Source of the DNA: a bacterium
GTDB taxonomy: Bacteria; Patescibacteriota; Minisyncoccia; UBA6257; JAUSGH01
DNA: 64,000 nt
Direction: 5' to 3'
NCBI GenBank assembly: GCA_030649055.1
Contig: JAUSGH010000002.1
Span: forward strand, 5,357 to 69,356
This document shows, in pieces, positions 29,601-39,925 of this stretch. The position numbers and the translations under genes are program-made. Each line of letters opens with the position of its first letter. Position 1 is the first letter of the stretch. The notes under the pieces were generated by a model, which saw only the letters and a program-made list of their open reading frames with translations, searched no databases and was not told where the DNA came from.

Positions 29601-30734
29601 TTACTCCACGACAATTCGCTCAATCAACGGATTAATGCGCGTCAAGTATTCATAATACGAGGCGCCACCCGCGGCCGCGGCGATTTCCTCCGCGCTGATT
29701 TCTTCTTTTCCCTGCATACCCGTGAGCGTCACCCGGTCGCCGAACTTGCAAGGAATCCCCGTCACGTCCACAACAACAATATCCATAGACACTCTGCCAA
29801 GCACCCGCGCGCGATGCCCATTAATGAGCACCTCGCCGACCCCGGAAAGCGCCCGGGGGAATCCGTGCCAATAACCGACAGGCAACACCGCGAGCATTGA
29901 GTCGCGGCGCAGGCGCTCCACTAAATCATATCCGACATAATCCCCTTTCTTCGCTGTTTTTACCTCGCCGACAATGGTATGCCACGAGAGAATGGGCTGC
30001 AGATTTATTTCCGGAAGCTGGATGCGCAACTCTTTTGATGGGTAGAGACCGTAAAAGCCGATACCGACTCTAACGGCATCGTAATGATATTTTTTGTTGA
30101 CCATCGCTCCGGCGGTCGCGGCCGCGTGACGGACCAATTTCTTCCAGCCGGCTTTTTTGAGCATCCCGATCGCGCGGTCAAACGCCGCCGCCTGCATGTC
30201 AGTATAGGTCGGATAATTGATGTCCTTCGCGGATGCAAAATGCGTATACACGCCGGTCAAAAATTTTCCCGACGATGATTTCTTGAGAGCGTCGATAACT
30301 TCGGGCAGATCTTCAACATAAAAACCCTGCCGATGCATGCCGGTGTCAATTTTCAGATGAAATTCGGGGGCGTTCTTTTCAGCGCAAAGCGCGCGGAGCG
30401 CATCCATACCGGAGATAGTAAGCGTGACCTTATGTTCCTGCGCCAAAGGGTAAAGTTTCGGCAGCGTAAAACCAAGCACAAGAATCGGAGCCGTGATGCC
30501 ACGCTCGCGCATCGCAACCGCTTCAATGATGCTGTCCACGCAAAAGCCGTCAACGCCGGCTTGGAAGAGCAGCGGCGGCATGACAAAAATGCCGTGCCCA
30601 TAGGCATTGGATTTCACGACCGCGAAAAGCTTCACTTTCGCCGACAACAATTTCCGCATCGCGGCGGCGTTATGCAGCACCGCGCTGCGGCTTATTTCAA
30701 CCCATGTACGGACATCGTGCGCGAGAGATTTCAT
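29601..30734 (-). CDS. alr: Alanine racemase
   Basis: AVVKSNAYGHG, HLKIDTGMHRQG, YTHFA, VRVGIG.YG, GRVSMD. Confidence 0.95.
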   Translation of the reverse strand: MKSLAHDVRTWVEISRSAVLHNAAAMRKLLSAKVKLFAVVKSNAYGHGIFVMPPLLFQAGVDGFCVDSIIEAVAMRERGITAPILVLGFTLPKLYPLAQEHKVTLTISGMDALRALCAEKNAPEFHLKIDTGMHRQGFYVEDLPEVIDALKKSSSGKFLTGVYTHFASAKDINYPTYTDMQAAAFDRAIGMLKKAGWKKLVRHAAATAGAMVNKKYHYDAVRVGIGFYGLYPSKELRIQLPEINLQPILSWHTIVGEVKTAKKGDYVGYDLVERLRRDSMLAVLPVGYWHGFPRALSGVGEVLINGHRARVLGRVSMDIVVVDVTGIPCKFGDRVTLTGMQGKEEISAEEIAAAAGGASYYEYLTRINPLIERIVVE

Positions 30735-30827
30735 TGTATCTCTATATTATCGTATTAGTTGCAAAAAATCAAAAAACGGCGGACACTGAAAGTAGTTGAA
30801 TCCTCATTAGAGAAAGGAGGTGAAGCC

Positions 30828-31364
30828 GTGAACATCAAGAGTTTCATGGGCGCGAAGTCGCTCCGAATGCTCATCTACCCCATTCTTGGCGTGATGTTGC
30901 TCTCTGCCGTGTCACTACGACTCAAGATCTATGACGCATCGTTGTGGGCAACGGTGTGCCGCTGGTATAAGACCGAGCCGTGGAGCAAGATCATCAAGGA
31001 ATACGTCTTAGAAGCCGCGGTATACGAAGAGATCGTATTCCGTGGTCCGGCGTATGGGTTCCTCGTCGCGTCACTGTTCGCGGCGTGGCTCACGAAGCGC
31101 GTGACCGGACGTACACTGCTCACCGCCCGACGCATTGATGGCGTGGCGATTCACGACATCATCGCAGGGATACTTGCTGTCGCGGGCACCTACGTCTGGG
31201 CGGCAAAAGACCACCCCTACCCGCTTCCGACGTTCGCAATGGGACTCATCTTCGCGTCAATCATGATCAAAACGCGAAACATCTTGTGGAGCATAGGAGC
31301 CCACGCGTTCATCAACCTCTGTGTCATCGCGAGCGCGAAACTCGGTGGAACGATGCTCTACTAA
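30828..31364 (+). CDS. CPBP/Abi family intramembrane glutamic endopeptidase (orphan cassette)
   Basis: EEIVFRG, H and AHAFIN motifs; GTG start with perfect SD AAAGGAGGTGA. Confidence 0.75.
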   Translation: MNIKSFMGAKSLRMLIYPILGVMLLSAVSLRLKIYDASLWATVCRWYKTEPWSKIIKEYVLEAAVYEEIVFRGPAYGFLVASLFAAWLTKRVTGRTLLTARRIDGVAIHDIIAGILAVAGTYVWAAKDHPYPLPTFAMGLIFASIMIKTRNILWSIGAHAFINLCVIASAKLGGTMLY

Positions 31365-31384
31365 AGAGGACCCCTAAGCCATGC

Positions 31385-32626
31385 TTATCGGTCCTCTTTG
31401 CCTATTTCGGCAAAGCCTGTATACGGCTGTAGCGCCTCCGGAATCTTGACTGAGCCGTCGGATTGCTGATACTGCTCCATAATCGCGATTATCGTACGGC
31501 CGATGGCAAACCCCGTGGCATTCAGCATGTGGACAAACTCATTGCCCTTCTCGGCCTTATATTTGATATTCACGCCACGCGACTGAAAATCCGTCGTGTT
31601 GGAGCACGAATGTGTTTCGCGGAATTTCCCCTCTCCCGGAATCCACGCCTCAATGTCGTAATGCCGCGCGTCGGTGAAACCCATGTCCCCCGTGCAAATC
31701 TGCACGACGCGATAATGCAAACCCAGCGCCTGCATGAGTTCTTCCTGCATAGAGAGCAAAAACTCATGCTCCTCGTTTGAGTGGTCCGGGTGAGCGTACG
31801 AAAACATTTCAACTTTATCAAATTGGTGCACGCGCAAAATACCTTTCGTATCTTTGCCGTATGAACCCGCCTCGCGCCGGAAGCACGTGGAAAAACCGAC
31901 GTAGCGGAGCGGCAGCGTTGTTGCGTCAAGCACTTCGCCCATATGCATGGGGCCGATGGTATGCTCCGCGCTTCCTACAAGGTACAAATCGTCCTTCGGC
32001 AAATAATACCGCTCCTCCTCCTGCCCGCCCGTGAGGCGCCCCATCCCCCTAAACACTTCCGGCTTAATCATCACCGGCGGCACCACCGGACAGAATCCTT
32101 TAGCGAAAAGTTTTTGCATCGCGAACTGCACCAGCGCGAATTCCAAAAGCGCCGCTTTGCCGAACAAGTACCCGAACCGGCTCCCCGACACCTTCGCCGC
32201 GCGCGCGGTGTCAATGATGCCGAGCGTTTCCGCGAGCGTCAGATAATCCTTCGGTTGAAAATCAAACTCCGGTTTTTTTCCGACCAAACGCAGCTCCTTA
32301 TTTTCTGATTCGTCCTTCCCGACCGGCCAGGACGGATCAGGGATATTCGGAAGCCGAGAAAGCAAGTCATCGCGCTTTAATTCCAGCGCGGGCAATTCTT
32401 TTTCCGCCTCTTTCAGCTCCGCCTTTATAACTTTCGCCTCGTCAATTTTTTTCTCTTTACTCAACGCATTCAGACGCGCGCGGAGATCCTCTGTGGCTTT
32501 TGTCCGCTCCCTCCAAGCCGCATCCACGGCCAAAAGCTCGTCCACCGCGGAAGCGGGAACACGCTTGGTTGCAAGACGAGCCTTTATCTCGTCCGGTGAT
32601 TTTCGGATAACCGCGATATCAAGCAT
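31385..32626 (-). CDS. serS: Serine--tRNA ligase
   Basis: N-terminal coiled coil, CFRREAGSYGKDTKGILRVHQFDKVE, SCSNTTDFQSR. Confidence 0.97.
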   Translation of the reverse strand: MLDIAVIRKSPDEIKARLATKRVPASAVDELLAVDAAWRERTKATEDLRARLNALSKEKKIDEAKVIKAELKEAEKELPALELKRDDLLSRLPNIPDPSWPVGKDESENKELRLVGKKPEFDFQPKDYLTLAETLGIIDTARAAKVSGSRFGYLFGKAALLEFALVQFAMQKLFAKGFCPVVPPVMIKPEVFRGMGRLTGGQEEERYYLPKDDLYLVGSAEHTIGPMHMGEVLDATTLPLRYVGFSTCFRREAGSYGKDTKGILRVHQFDKVEMFSYAHPDHSNEEHEFLLSMQEELMQALGLHYRVVQICTGDMGFTDARHYDIEAWIPGEGKFRETHSCSNTTDFQSRGVNIKYKAEKGNEFVHMLNATGFAIGRTIIAIMEQYQQSDGSVKIPEALQPYTGFAEIGKEDR

Positions 32627-32638
32627 GAATGATTAAGA

Positions 32639-33280
32639 CTACGGAAGTTTACGCAAAATTCGCGCTACAACATCACGCGTCTCTGCCTCGGTGGCGCAGA
32701 ACGCCGGATTGCTTGAAGTGATATCCACGAGCCAGACGCCCTTCTTGACGCTAAAATTATATCCGGATTGCACATCGGAAAACGGGTCCGGAACCGTATA
32801 CGCCTTTTCACCAAGTCCGACGACGTCAATCGTTTTGAATCCGATCGTCCCAAAATTCGCCCGCCCTTCGGCAAAAATAGCATCCGCCGATTCCGCGCCT
32901 TTTCCGTCCGCTCGACTGACGTTAACCAAGAATTCCCCATCCTCCTCCCCGCCCTCCGCTTTCATTTTGCAGGTTTGGGGAAACGCGTTGATATCCCACG
33001 GATCACTGCTGTTCCACTGCGTTTGCTTCACGCCCGGGCACGCCGCGCGCACGTCGTTCCAAAAATACGTACAATCCACAAACCCCTCGTCGGTGTACAA
33101 GCTCGTCGCGGGAAATGGCGCGCCTGCCTCTTCTTCAGGCACGCCCTCATCAACAAAAGACGCGGCATCTTCATCCGATACCATATCGTCCAACACCGCT
33201 CCGTTTCCGCCGAGCAACACAACTGCTCCCCCGACAACAACCGCGATCACAACCAAATAAATAAGAATCTTCATATGCAT
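32639..33280 (-). CDS. Membrane-anchored hypothetical protein
   Basis: N-terminal TM segment, acidic linker, Cys-containing domain (VGLGEKAY). Confidence 0.65.
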   Translation of the reverse strand: MHMKILIYLVVIAVVVGGAVVLLGGNGAVLDDMVSDEDAASFVDEGVPEEEAGAPFPATSLYTDEGFVDCTYFWNDVRAACPGVKQTQWNSSDPWDINAFPQTCKMKAEGGEEDGEFLVNVSRADGKGAESADAIFAEGRANFGTIGFKTIDVVGLGEKAYTVPDPFSDVQSGYNFSVKKGVWLVDITSSNPAFCATEAETRDVVARILRKLP

Positions 33281-33294
33281 TACGCACTACGCCG

Positions 33295-33744
33295 TTATTG
33301 CTGCGGCACAGCCGAATAATACTTCCCAATCTTTCCGACAAGCAACTTCGCGTACGCGTAACGGGTCACGACGGTTCCGACAACCGCGACCAGCGGCGCC
33401 ATTCCGACAATGCTCGCGAATCCCATGCTCGTCAGCAGCGAAAGCGCAGCGCCGATAAGGTACGGATAGAACAGCAGTTTGAACAGCGTATTAAATTTAT
33501 TGCCGAGATACTTTTTGTTAATCGCGAGCACCTGCGGATACCACTGCGAAAGCACGTAACCCATAATCGCTCCGATAATGGCGCCGTTCACCGCCGCATT
33601 CACCACTCCACCAACAATGGAAAGACTGTAACCGAGCAATGCCGAGAATGCGATATTGCTGATAATACTTTCCGCCACGGTTGCTCCCGCGTTATACACC
33701 GCGCTCCAAATCATCGTGTCCTTCGTTTTTTGATCAAATGTCAT
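33295..33744 (-). CDS. Hypothetical membrane protein (about four TM segments)
   Basis: Probable start MTFDQK at 33744. Confidence 0.65.
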   Translation of the reverse strand: MTFDQKTKDTMIWSAVYNAGATVAESIISNIAFSALLGYSLSIVGGVVNAAVNGAIIGAIMGYVLSQWYPQVLAINKKYLGNKFNTLFKLLFYPYLIGAALSLLTSMGFASIVGMAPLVAVVGTVVTRYAYAKLLVGKIGKYYSAVPQQ

Positions 33745-33751
33745 AATACTT

Positions 33752-34156
33752 TTATTTATGTAATAAACTGCTGTGATTAATGTTCGGCTCGAAACCCGCG
33801 ATTTCGACGATCTCGGGCACATAACCGAGCTGCTCAATATTCTTTTCCAAATCTTCGCGCAATAATGCCTGGTCATACCCAAGCGCAATCACGTCCGGTT
33901 GATATTTCTTCACTACCTCCCAGCTAGAAAGTTCGCGATCGCCGATGACGACCTCATCGACACTATCTTCCGCTTCAAGATGCGCGAGGCGTTCACCGAC
34001 GTCAACCTTCGGCAAATGCCCTTTCAGGTGTTCCACAATATGATCCTGCGCCACAACGGCAATGAGATATTCGCCGAACGCTCTTGCTTCTTTCAAAAGC
34101 GCCTTATGCCCCTCGTGGATACCGTCGAATACGCCGAATACCATGACCTTTTTCAT
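33752..34156 (-). CDS. Cytidylyltransferase-family nucleotidyltransferase (RibL-like FAD synthase)
   Basis: FGVFDGIHEGH (HxGH), VVAQD, PDVIALGYDQ. Confidence 0.8.
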   Translation of the reverse strand: MKKVMVFGVFDGIHEGHKALLKEARAFGEYLIAVVAQDHIVEHLKGHLPKVDVGERLAHLEAEDSVDEVVIGDRELSSWEVVKKYQPDVIALGYDQALLREDLEKNIEQLGYVPEIVEIAGFEPNINHSSLLHK

Positions 34157-34199
34157 ACTGGTGTTATAGGTCCTATGGGACTTATAGGACAAATGGGAC

Positions 34200-35651
34200 T
34201 TATAATTTTTTCGGTCGCAATGTCGGAAAGAATACGCATTCCCTCGCCGGCTTATCTACGAGTATAGCAAACAATCGTTCGGAAACGCCAAACCCGGCCG
34301 CGGGCGGCATGCCGTATTCCAACGCCTCAAGAAAGTCTTCGTCTAAACGCTGCGCCTCCTTATCGCCCGCTTCGCGTAAGCGCGATTGCTCAAGAAACCG
34401 CTCGCGCTGATCCGCGGGATCGTTATTCTCCGAAAATCCTTTCCCAAGCTCGGTGCCACACGCGACAACCTGGAACCTGGCGACTCGCCCCGAAAGCGTT
34501 GCTGATCGTTTTGCCAGCGGCTCAATATCCGCCGGAGGGTTCACAAGAAAACACGGCGCAATAAGCGTTGACCGGACGACTTTTTTAAACAACAAATCGA
34601 TCAGACGGCCACGCCCGAGTTTGGGATCGGGTTTGAAACCGCGCTTCACCGACTCAGCAAAAAGCTCATCGCGCGTCGCGGATTCGAGCGATAGCCCCAC
34701 GAGTTTTTTAAACACGTCATAGTATTCAATTTTCGGCCAGCGCTTGCTCCAGTCGATGACTTGTCCCTGCCAGGACCGCTTCAATTTCCCGAACACGGAT
34801 TTGATAACGGACTTATACAATTTTTCAACCAGTGACATCAGCGCGCCGTACTCCGCATACGCCCAGTAAAACTCCAACTGGGTATAATCCTGCAAATGTT
34901 CGTGGTCAATGCCTTCGTTCCGGAAAATACGTCCGAGCTCAAACACTTTTTCATATCCGCCGACCAACAGTTTCTTCTGCGGAAGCTCCAGCGAAATGCG
35001 GAGATATAAATCAATGTCCAGGGCATGATGATGCGTCACGAACGGTTCGGCGTCTGCTCCTCCCGGGGTAGACTCCAAGGCGGGAGTTTCCACTTCCAAG
35101 AACCCGTCGTTAATAAGCCCGGCGCGAAACGCGTTCCAAAACCGGCTCTTCATACGAAACATTTCGCGGAGCTCAGGATGAAGCATCAGGTCCAGGTATC
35201 GTTGCCGGAGCCGCGTCTCAACCTCTTCCAGACCGAAATGTTCGGACGGAATCGGACGGATAGTTTTTGTCGCAAGCATAACCTTTTTCGCGGCAATGCT
35301 TTTTTCTCCGCGCTGGGTGACAAACAACGTTCCGGTAATGCTCAAAAAATCACCGATATCAAGATTATCGCGCAACAAATCAAACGCCGGCAGTTCATCT
35401 TTTTTGAGCACCGCCTGCAACGCGCCGCTCTCGTCCTTAAGGTCAAGAAACACCACGCCGCCGTGACCGCGCATGCCCACGACGCGCCCCACGACGGAAA
35501 TACGCTTTTTTGATTTTGTGAGCGCTGTGAAATGTTCCAACGCGACACCGATGGCATGCGTACGCGGCACAGATTCCGGATAACACAACACACCGGCAGA
35601 TGTGAGTGCCGCAAGCTTCTTCTTCCGTTCAGCGATAAGGTCTTCTAACAT
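34200..35651 (-). CDS. lysS: Lysine--tRNA ligase (class II)
   Basis: RQRYLDL, GGADAEPF.THH, YLRISLEL, FRNEGID, ALEYGMPP. Confidence 0.97.
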   Translation of the reverse strand: MLEDLIAERKKKLAALTSAGVLCYPESVPRTHAIGVALEHFTALTKSKKRISVVGRVVGMRGHGGVVFLDLKDESGALQAVLKKDELPAFDLLRDNLDIGDFLSITGTLFVTQRGEKSIAAKKVMLATKTIRPIPSEHFGLEEVETRLRQRYLDLMLHPELREMFRMKSRFWNAFRAGLINDGFLEVETPALESTPGGADAEPFVTHHHALDIDLYLRISLELPQKKLLVGGYEKVFELGRIFRNEGIDHEHLQDYTQLEFYWAYAEYGALMSLVEKLYKSVIKSVFGKLKRSWQGQVIDWSKRWPKIEYYDVFKKLVGLSLESATRDELFAESVKRGFKPDPKLGRGRLIDLLFKKVVRSTLIAPCFLVNPPADIEPLAKRSATLSGRVARFQVVACGTELGKGFSENNDPADQRERFLEQSRLREAGDKEAQRLDEDFLEALEYGMPPAAGFGVSERLFAILVDKPARECVFFPTLRPKKL

Positions 35652-35736
35652 GGAGTAATCGCGAATAATGCGAATGGGAGTCCGAAGTTATTCGCGTTAT
35701 TTTTATTTGCAATTCGCGATATTTGCGAACACTATA

Positions 35737-36195
35737 CTAATCTATTTTCGCAATCTTATACATCACCTCCCCTTTCGGCGTCTTTACCTTCACGCTTTCT
35801 CCGGGTTCACGTCCCAAAAACGCTTTTCCAAGCGGCGATTCATTTGAAATCTTTCCAGATTCAGGATCTGTTTCGTTTGATCCGACAATGGTAAATTTCA
35901 TTTTCTCTCCATCTTTTGTCACTTCAATCGTAGAACCGACCTCAACTTTTGTGCGGCTGGTTGTTTTGGAAATAACACTCGCATTTTTGATGATGTCTTC
36001 AACCTCAAAGATGCGCGATTCCACTTGCGCCTGCTCTTCGCGCGCCTCAAAATATTCGGAGTTTTCCGAAAGATCGCCGAGTTCCTTCGCGCGCTTCAAG
36101 CGATCGGCAACCTCAATGCGCTTTGTTGTTTTTAGCTCATTCAACTCCGCTTTTAATTCCTCGAGGCGTTCCGGTGACAAATACTGTTGGTCCAT
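35737..36195 (-). CDS. greA: Transcription elongation factor GreA
   Basis: GDLSENSEY, ISNESPLGKA. Confidence 0.95.
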   Translation of the reverse strand: MDQQYLSPERLEELKAELNELKTTKRIEVADRLKRAKELGDLSENSEYFEAREEQAQVESRIFEVEDIIKNASVISKTTSRTKVEVGSTIEVTKDGEKMKFTIVGSNETDPESGKISNESPLGKAFLGREPGESVKVKTPKGEVMYKIAKID

Positions 36196-36197
36196 AA

Positions 36198-36956
36198 TTA
36201 TGATGAAGGTGAATCCTTTTTATTCGTTGGTAATTGATACGTATCCCGAAACAACATCCACCGCACCCGCACCGCGTCAATCAGCGACTCAATGTAACGA
36301 TGATAATCAAAGCGTCGTGGATTATCATTCGACCAGAAAATGGGAAACTCGTGCGTGCGATACCCCAGCTGGGCTCCCAAGGCAATCACTTCACCTACCC
36401 AGCCGGCAGAGTCAACACGCGTCAGCGGAAATACCCGTTCCGCCGCGCTTTCCGAAAAACAATACCATCCACTTTCCGTGTCCCACACACGAGGGGTCAA
36501 AATCGCCTGCATGAGGAAGTTATGTAGTAGTCTAAACAAACTATCACGGACGCGCAAGAGCGGCCGCACGCGACCACGAGCCACCACGCGCGAACCGACA
36601 GCAATGTCAAACCCGCGCTGAAGATACGGGAATGCTTTATGAAACTCCACCACCGAGGACGAATTTGTGGGATAAAGCACAACACGCCACTTTCCCGAGG
36701 CGGCGCGCATACCCTCGCGCACCGCGGCGCCTAACCCTTTGCGCGTACCCGAGGTAAGCAGACGGATGTTCCCGAGGAGCATCCTGAACCGACGCGCGAT
36801 TTCCGCGGTTGCGTCGGTTGAGGCATCGTCTGCAACGATAATTTCAAACTGCATATTCGCCTGCGTGAGGTGATGGTCAATATCAATGAGCGCCAACGGT
36901 AGCGTCCGGGCGTTATTGAGTGTAGGAATAATGACCGAAATGAACGGCTTTGACAT
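36198..36956 (-). CDS. GT2 glycosyltransferase (dolichyl-phosphate glucosyltransferase-like), DxD motif degenerate
   Basis: SVIIP, EIIVADDASTD, G.GAAVREGM, DIAVGSR. Confidence 0.75.
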   Translation of the reverse strand: MSKPFISVIIPTLNNARTLPLALIDIDHHLTQANMQFEIIVADDASTDATAEIARRFRMLLGNIRLLTSGTRKGLGAAVREGMRAASGKWRVVLYPTNSSSVVEFHKAFPYLQRGFDIAVGSRVVARGRVRPLLRVRDSLFRLLHNFLMQAILTPRVWDTESGWYCFSESAAERVFPLTRVDSAGWVGEVIALGAQLGYRTHEFPIFWSNDNPRRFDYHRYIESLIDAVRVRWMLFRDTYQLPTNKKDSPSS

Positions 36957-36990
36957 ACTTTCAGTATATCACTACAATAAAGGGCGTCAT

Positions 36991-37746
36991 ATGGTAACGC
37001 TAAAATCAAAGGAGGAGGTCGCCATCATGGCGGTTGGCGGCAAAATGTTGGCGGAAGTTATCCGCAACGTTGCCGCGGAGGCGCGTGAAGGCGTGAGTCT
37101 AAAAACATTGGACGCGCTCGCGGAAAAACTCATCCGGCGTGCGGGCGCCTTGCCCGCATTTTTGGGCTACCGACCACACGGTGCCGGCAAGCCATATCCC
37201 GCGACCATCTGCGCCTCGGTAAACGACATTATCGTCCACGGCATTCCCACGCAATACAAATTGCGCTCCGGCGATGTACTAAAGCTTGATTTCGGACTCC
37301 GGCATGAAGGCTTTTGCCTTGACGCGGCCGTCACCGTAGCAATAGGGACAATCACAACCGAAGCATCGCGACTCATTGAAGCGACAAAAAAGGCGTTACT
37401 GCTTGGCATCAAAGCCGCCCAGCCGGGAAAACATTTGGGCGACATCGGTGCCGCAATTGCCACCTACGTACATGGAAAAAAATTCGGCATCGCCGAAGGA
37501 CTGACGGGCCACGGCATCGGCCACGAGCTCCACGAAGACCCGAGCGTGTATAATTTCGGAAAATCCGGCACCGGTTTGGAACTGGTGCCGGGACTTGTCA
37601 TCGCTATTGAACCGATGACAACCGCAGGAAGCGGAAAACTCGTGCAGTTGCCCGACGACAGCTATGCCACCGCGGACAGTTCAATATCCGCGCACTTTGA
37701 ACACACCATCGCGATTACGGAGAAAGGACCGATAATTCTTACATAG
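36991..37746 (+). CDS. map: Methionine aminopeptidase type I
   Basis: CASVNDIIVHGIP, DFG, DAA, GHGIG..LHEDP, AIEPM, SAHFEHT. Confidence 0.95.
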   Translation: MVTLKSKEEVAIMAVGGKMLAEVIRNVAAEAREGVSLKTLDALAEKLIRRAGALPAFLGYRPHGAGKPYPATICASVNDIIVHGIPTQYKLRSGDVLKLDFGLRHEGFCLDAAVTVAIGTITTEASRLIEATKKALLLGIKAAQPGKHLGDIGAAIATYVHGKKFGIAEGLTGHGIGHELHEDPSVYNFGKSGTGLELVPGLVIAIEPMTTAGSGKLVQLPDDSYATADSSISAHFEHTIAITEKGPIILT

Positions 37747-37877
37747 TAAATCCCAAGCACGAAGCACTAAATCCTAAACAAATTCAAATAACCAAAATCC
37801 CAAAGAACATGCAGTTCTGCATTTTGAGCATTTGAGTTTTGATACTGTTTAGAATTTAGATATTGGGATTTAGGATT
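37746..37877. repeat. Imperfect inverted array of 7-mers (AAATCCC/AAGCACT...TTAGGAT) between the convergent map and adk genes
   Basis: taaatcccaagcacgaagcactaaatcctaaacaaattcaaa ... tttgatactgtttagaatttagatattgggatttagga. Confidence 0.6.
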
Positions 37878-38569
37878 TATTTTGCCATTCCAAGCTTCTC
37901 TAAGATTGTGGCAAAAACCAAGTACGGCATCGGCTCCCCGTCAATCTCAACAATCTCATAGCCGCGTTCGCGGAGTTTCGCCAAAATCGGCGCGGTGCGC
38001 TGTTCGAATTCTTGCAAACGAACTTTGATAATCTCCGGCGTGTCCAACGTGCGCTTGCGGAACGATCCTCCGCACAACGGACAAATTTTCGGTTGCGCGT
38101 CCGGAAGATACATCACCGGCGTTCCACATACCGAACAAAGCATACGATTGCTGTTGCGATACACCGTCGTTTCCGGCTTAATCTTTAAATAAATGACGTG
38201 GACATTACCGCGGCCATAGAGATCCTCTAAAAGATCAACAAGCCCGCGCTTGCCACCCTCGGCAGTGAACGCTTCAAGTTCGGTACGCGGCGAACCGCTA
38301 AAGACAATCCCCAGGCCGGAGGAATGGATACGCTTTGTTTGCGCGGCGACAATGGAATACGCCCACATCGGGTCGCATAACCGACCGGAATCAAAATTAT
38401 CGCGCTGTTCCTGAATCACCAAGTCGTTGGCATTCGCCGGATCATGCACGGTCATCTCCATAAACTTTCCCGTATCAAAATGAATAAGGCCGAGCTTCGC
38501 GGCCAAAAGATTTGCCTGCGTCCCCTTCCCCGCTCCCGGCGAACCGTAGACGATAAGTGCCCTTTTCAT
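37877..38569 (-). CDS. adk: Adenylate kinase (zinc-lid type)
   Basis: GSPGAGKGTQA, GSPRT, CSVC...CPLCGG lid. Confidence 0.85.
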   Translation of the reverse strand: MKRALIVYGSPGAGKGTQANLLAAKLGLIHFDTGKFMEMTVHDPANANDLVIQEQRDNFDSGRLCDPMWAYSIVAAQTKRIHSSGLGIVFSGSPRTELEAFTAEGGKRGLVDLLEDLYGRGNVHVIYLKIKPETTVYRNSNRMLCSVCGTPVMYLPDAQPKICPLCGGSFRKRTLDTPEIIKVRLQEFEQRTAPILAKLRERGYEIVEIDGEPMPYLVFATILEKLGMAK

Positions 38570-38640
38570 ACCGTTATTATAAAAGCAAGAAAGCAAGAAA
38601 GCAAGAAATAGAAACGCCGGTCGCCTCCAGGCGACCGGCG

Positions 38641-39375
38641 CTAGCGCGATACACGCTCCCGAAGGAACGTAGGGTCAGCGGTAGCGGTGATGCAGTCCAT
38701 CACCTGCGCCGCTCCCTCCGTGGTTTTCAGGAATTCCAGCACGGGCGTTTTTGTTTCCGGCAAGTTCCCGCGAATGAATTGCCAAACCCACGGATGACGA
38801 CCCGCGAGTATCCAATTCAGCCGAATCGCGTCAATGCATTCGCGGATCCGCCGAAACTGTTCCGCGAACTGCAGCGACGAAATGCGGCTGTGCGTGAGCC
38901 ACTGCGCAACCGTGTTCTTGTCCAATCCGTCCCCGATAATGAGGGCGAATTCCGTGGCGCGAAGCGACGTCTTGCCGTCCAGCGTCAAATCGCGGCACAG
39001 CCCGCGAACGAGCTCGCCCCATGCTGACCAGACAACACGCCGGCTTGGCACATAAAACGCGAATCCCCCATTCCCGAGTTTGGTCATCGCTCCCAAGCCA
39101 AGCACGCCGATATCGGTGATGTCTCGGTATGGGATGGCGCGTCCGCCGAACGATGCCGTTGCGTTGTCCTCTGGCGACACTGCGTTCGCCGCGCGTCGGA
39201 ACGCGCGCCAAAGCATCCGCGCCGAACGCTTATCCATAAGCTCCCGAAAAACCGGCTCATTACGCGTTGAAACATCAACGAGCAAGAGTTCATCGGGAGG
39301 CGTAGCGAGAAGCGCCGCGTCAGATGCGTCAAGCACCGCGACCGCGTAGACGCTCAAGTCAAAAATCCTAGCCAT
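38641..39375 (-). CDS. Hypothetical protein (orphan cassette)
   Basis: 244-aa ORF, SD GGGAG; terminator cgccggtcgcctccaggcgaccggcg at 38615-38640. Confidence 0.65.
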   Translation of the reverse strand: MARIFDLSVYAVAVLDASDAALLATPPDELLLVDVSTRNEPVFRELMDKRSARMLWRAFRRAANAVSPEDNATASFGGRAIPYRDITDIGVLGLGAMTKLGNGGFAFYVPSRRVVWSAWGELVRGLCRDLTLDGKTSLRATEFALIIGDGLDKNTVAQWLTHSRISSLQFAEQFRRIRECIDAIRLNWILAGRHPWVWQFIRGNLPETKTPVLEFLKTTEGAAQVMDCITATADPTFLRERVSR

Positions 39376-39517
39376 TGCGTTACTCCCGATAGAAAAAGTA
39401 GTTCCTGAGTTTATCGAAGGACTACATTAGAATACTTTTTTTAGCATAACAAAATAAAAAATAAAATGAAAACACCGATCGCCCTAAGGCGATCGGTGTT
39501 GAACTTTTGAGATACGC

Positions 39518-39925
39518 TTACGCGAGAATCCGCAGAACACGCTCGGCGCCGCGTGCGGTGCGCAGCAATTCCATCGGACGCCGCCTACCGAAGTGCCGCG
39601 AACGGTCATTGAAAAAGAAGTAGCACATGCCACCCTCCTTGGTGCGGGAAGCCGCATCCAGGCACTCACGCAAGCGCTGCAGCAGAACCTGTGTCTGTCG
39701 GTCGGGAATCTGACACCCCGTGCGCCAGCGATCCACCTCCAGCCCGAACGTCACGATGCAGGTGCGATTGCTCGGCCGGAGCAGATACGCAAGTCCGTTG
39801 GGGCTAAGCAACAGCCGCCTTGAGGGTGAGAGGTCTCGCATGAGCTGCCGGACGAACGCGCTCCAGAGCGCGGCCTGCCGACGGAAAGTCTCCCGCTCCA
39901 CCGTTTTCCGTGCCCATGTCGTCAT
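39518..39925 (-). CDS. Xre/MbcA/ParS-like antitoxin homologue (DUF2384-like C-terminus; orphan cassette)
   Basis: FFNDRSRHFGRRRPMELLRTARGAERVLRIL resembles W..PN..LGG..P.DLL.T..G...V; TTGATT-N17-TATAGT promoter, SD GGGAG, terminator at 39470-39500. Confidence 0.5.
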   Translation of the reverse strand: MTTWARKTVERETFRRQAALWSAFVRQLMRDLSPSRRLLLSPNGLAYLLRPSNRTCIVTFGLEVDRWRTGCQIPDRQTQVLLQRLRECLDAASRTKEGGMCYFFFNDRSRHFGRRRPMELLRTARGAERVLRILA

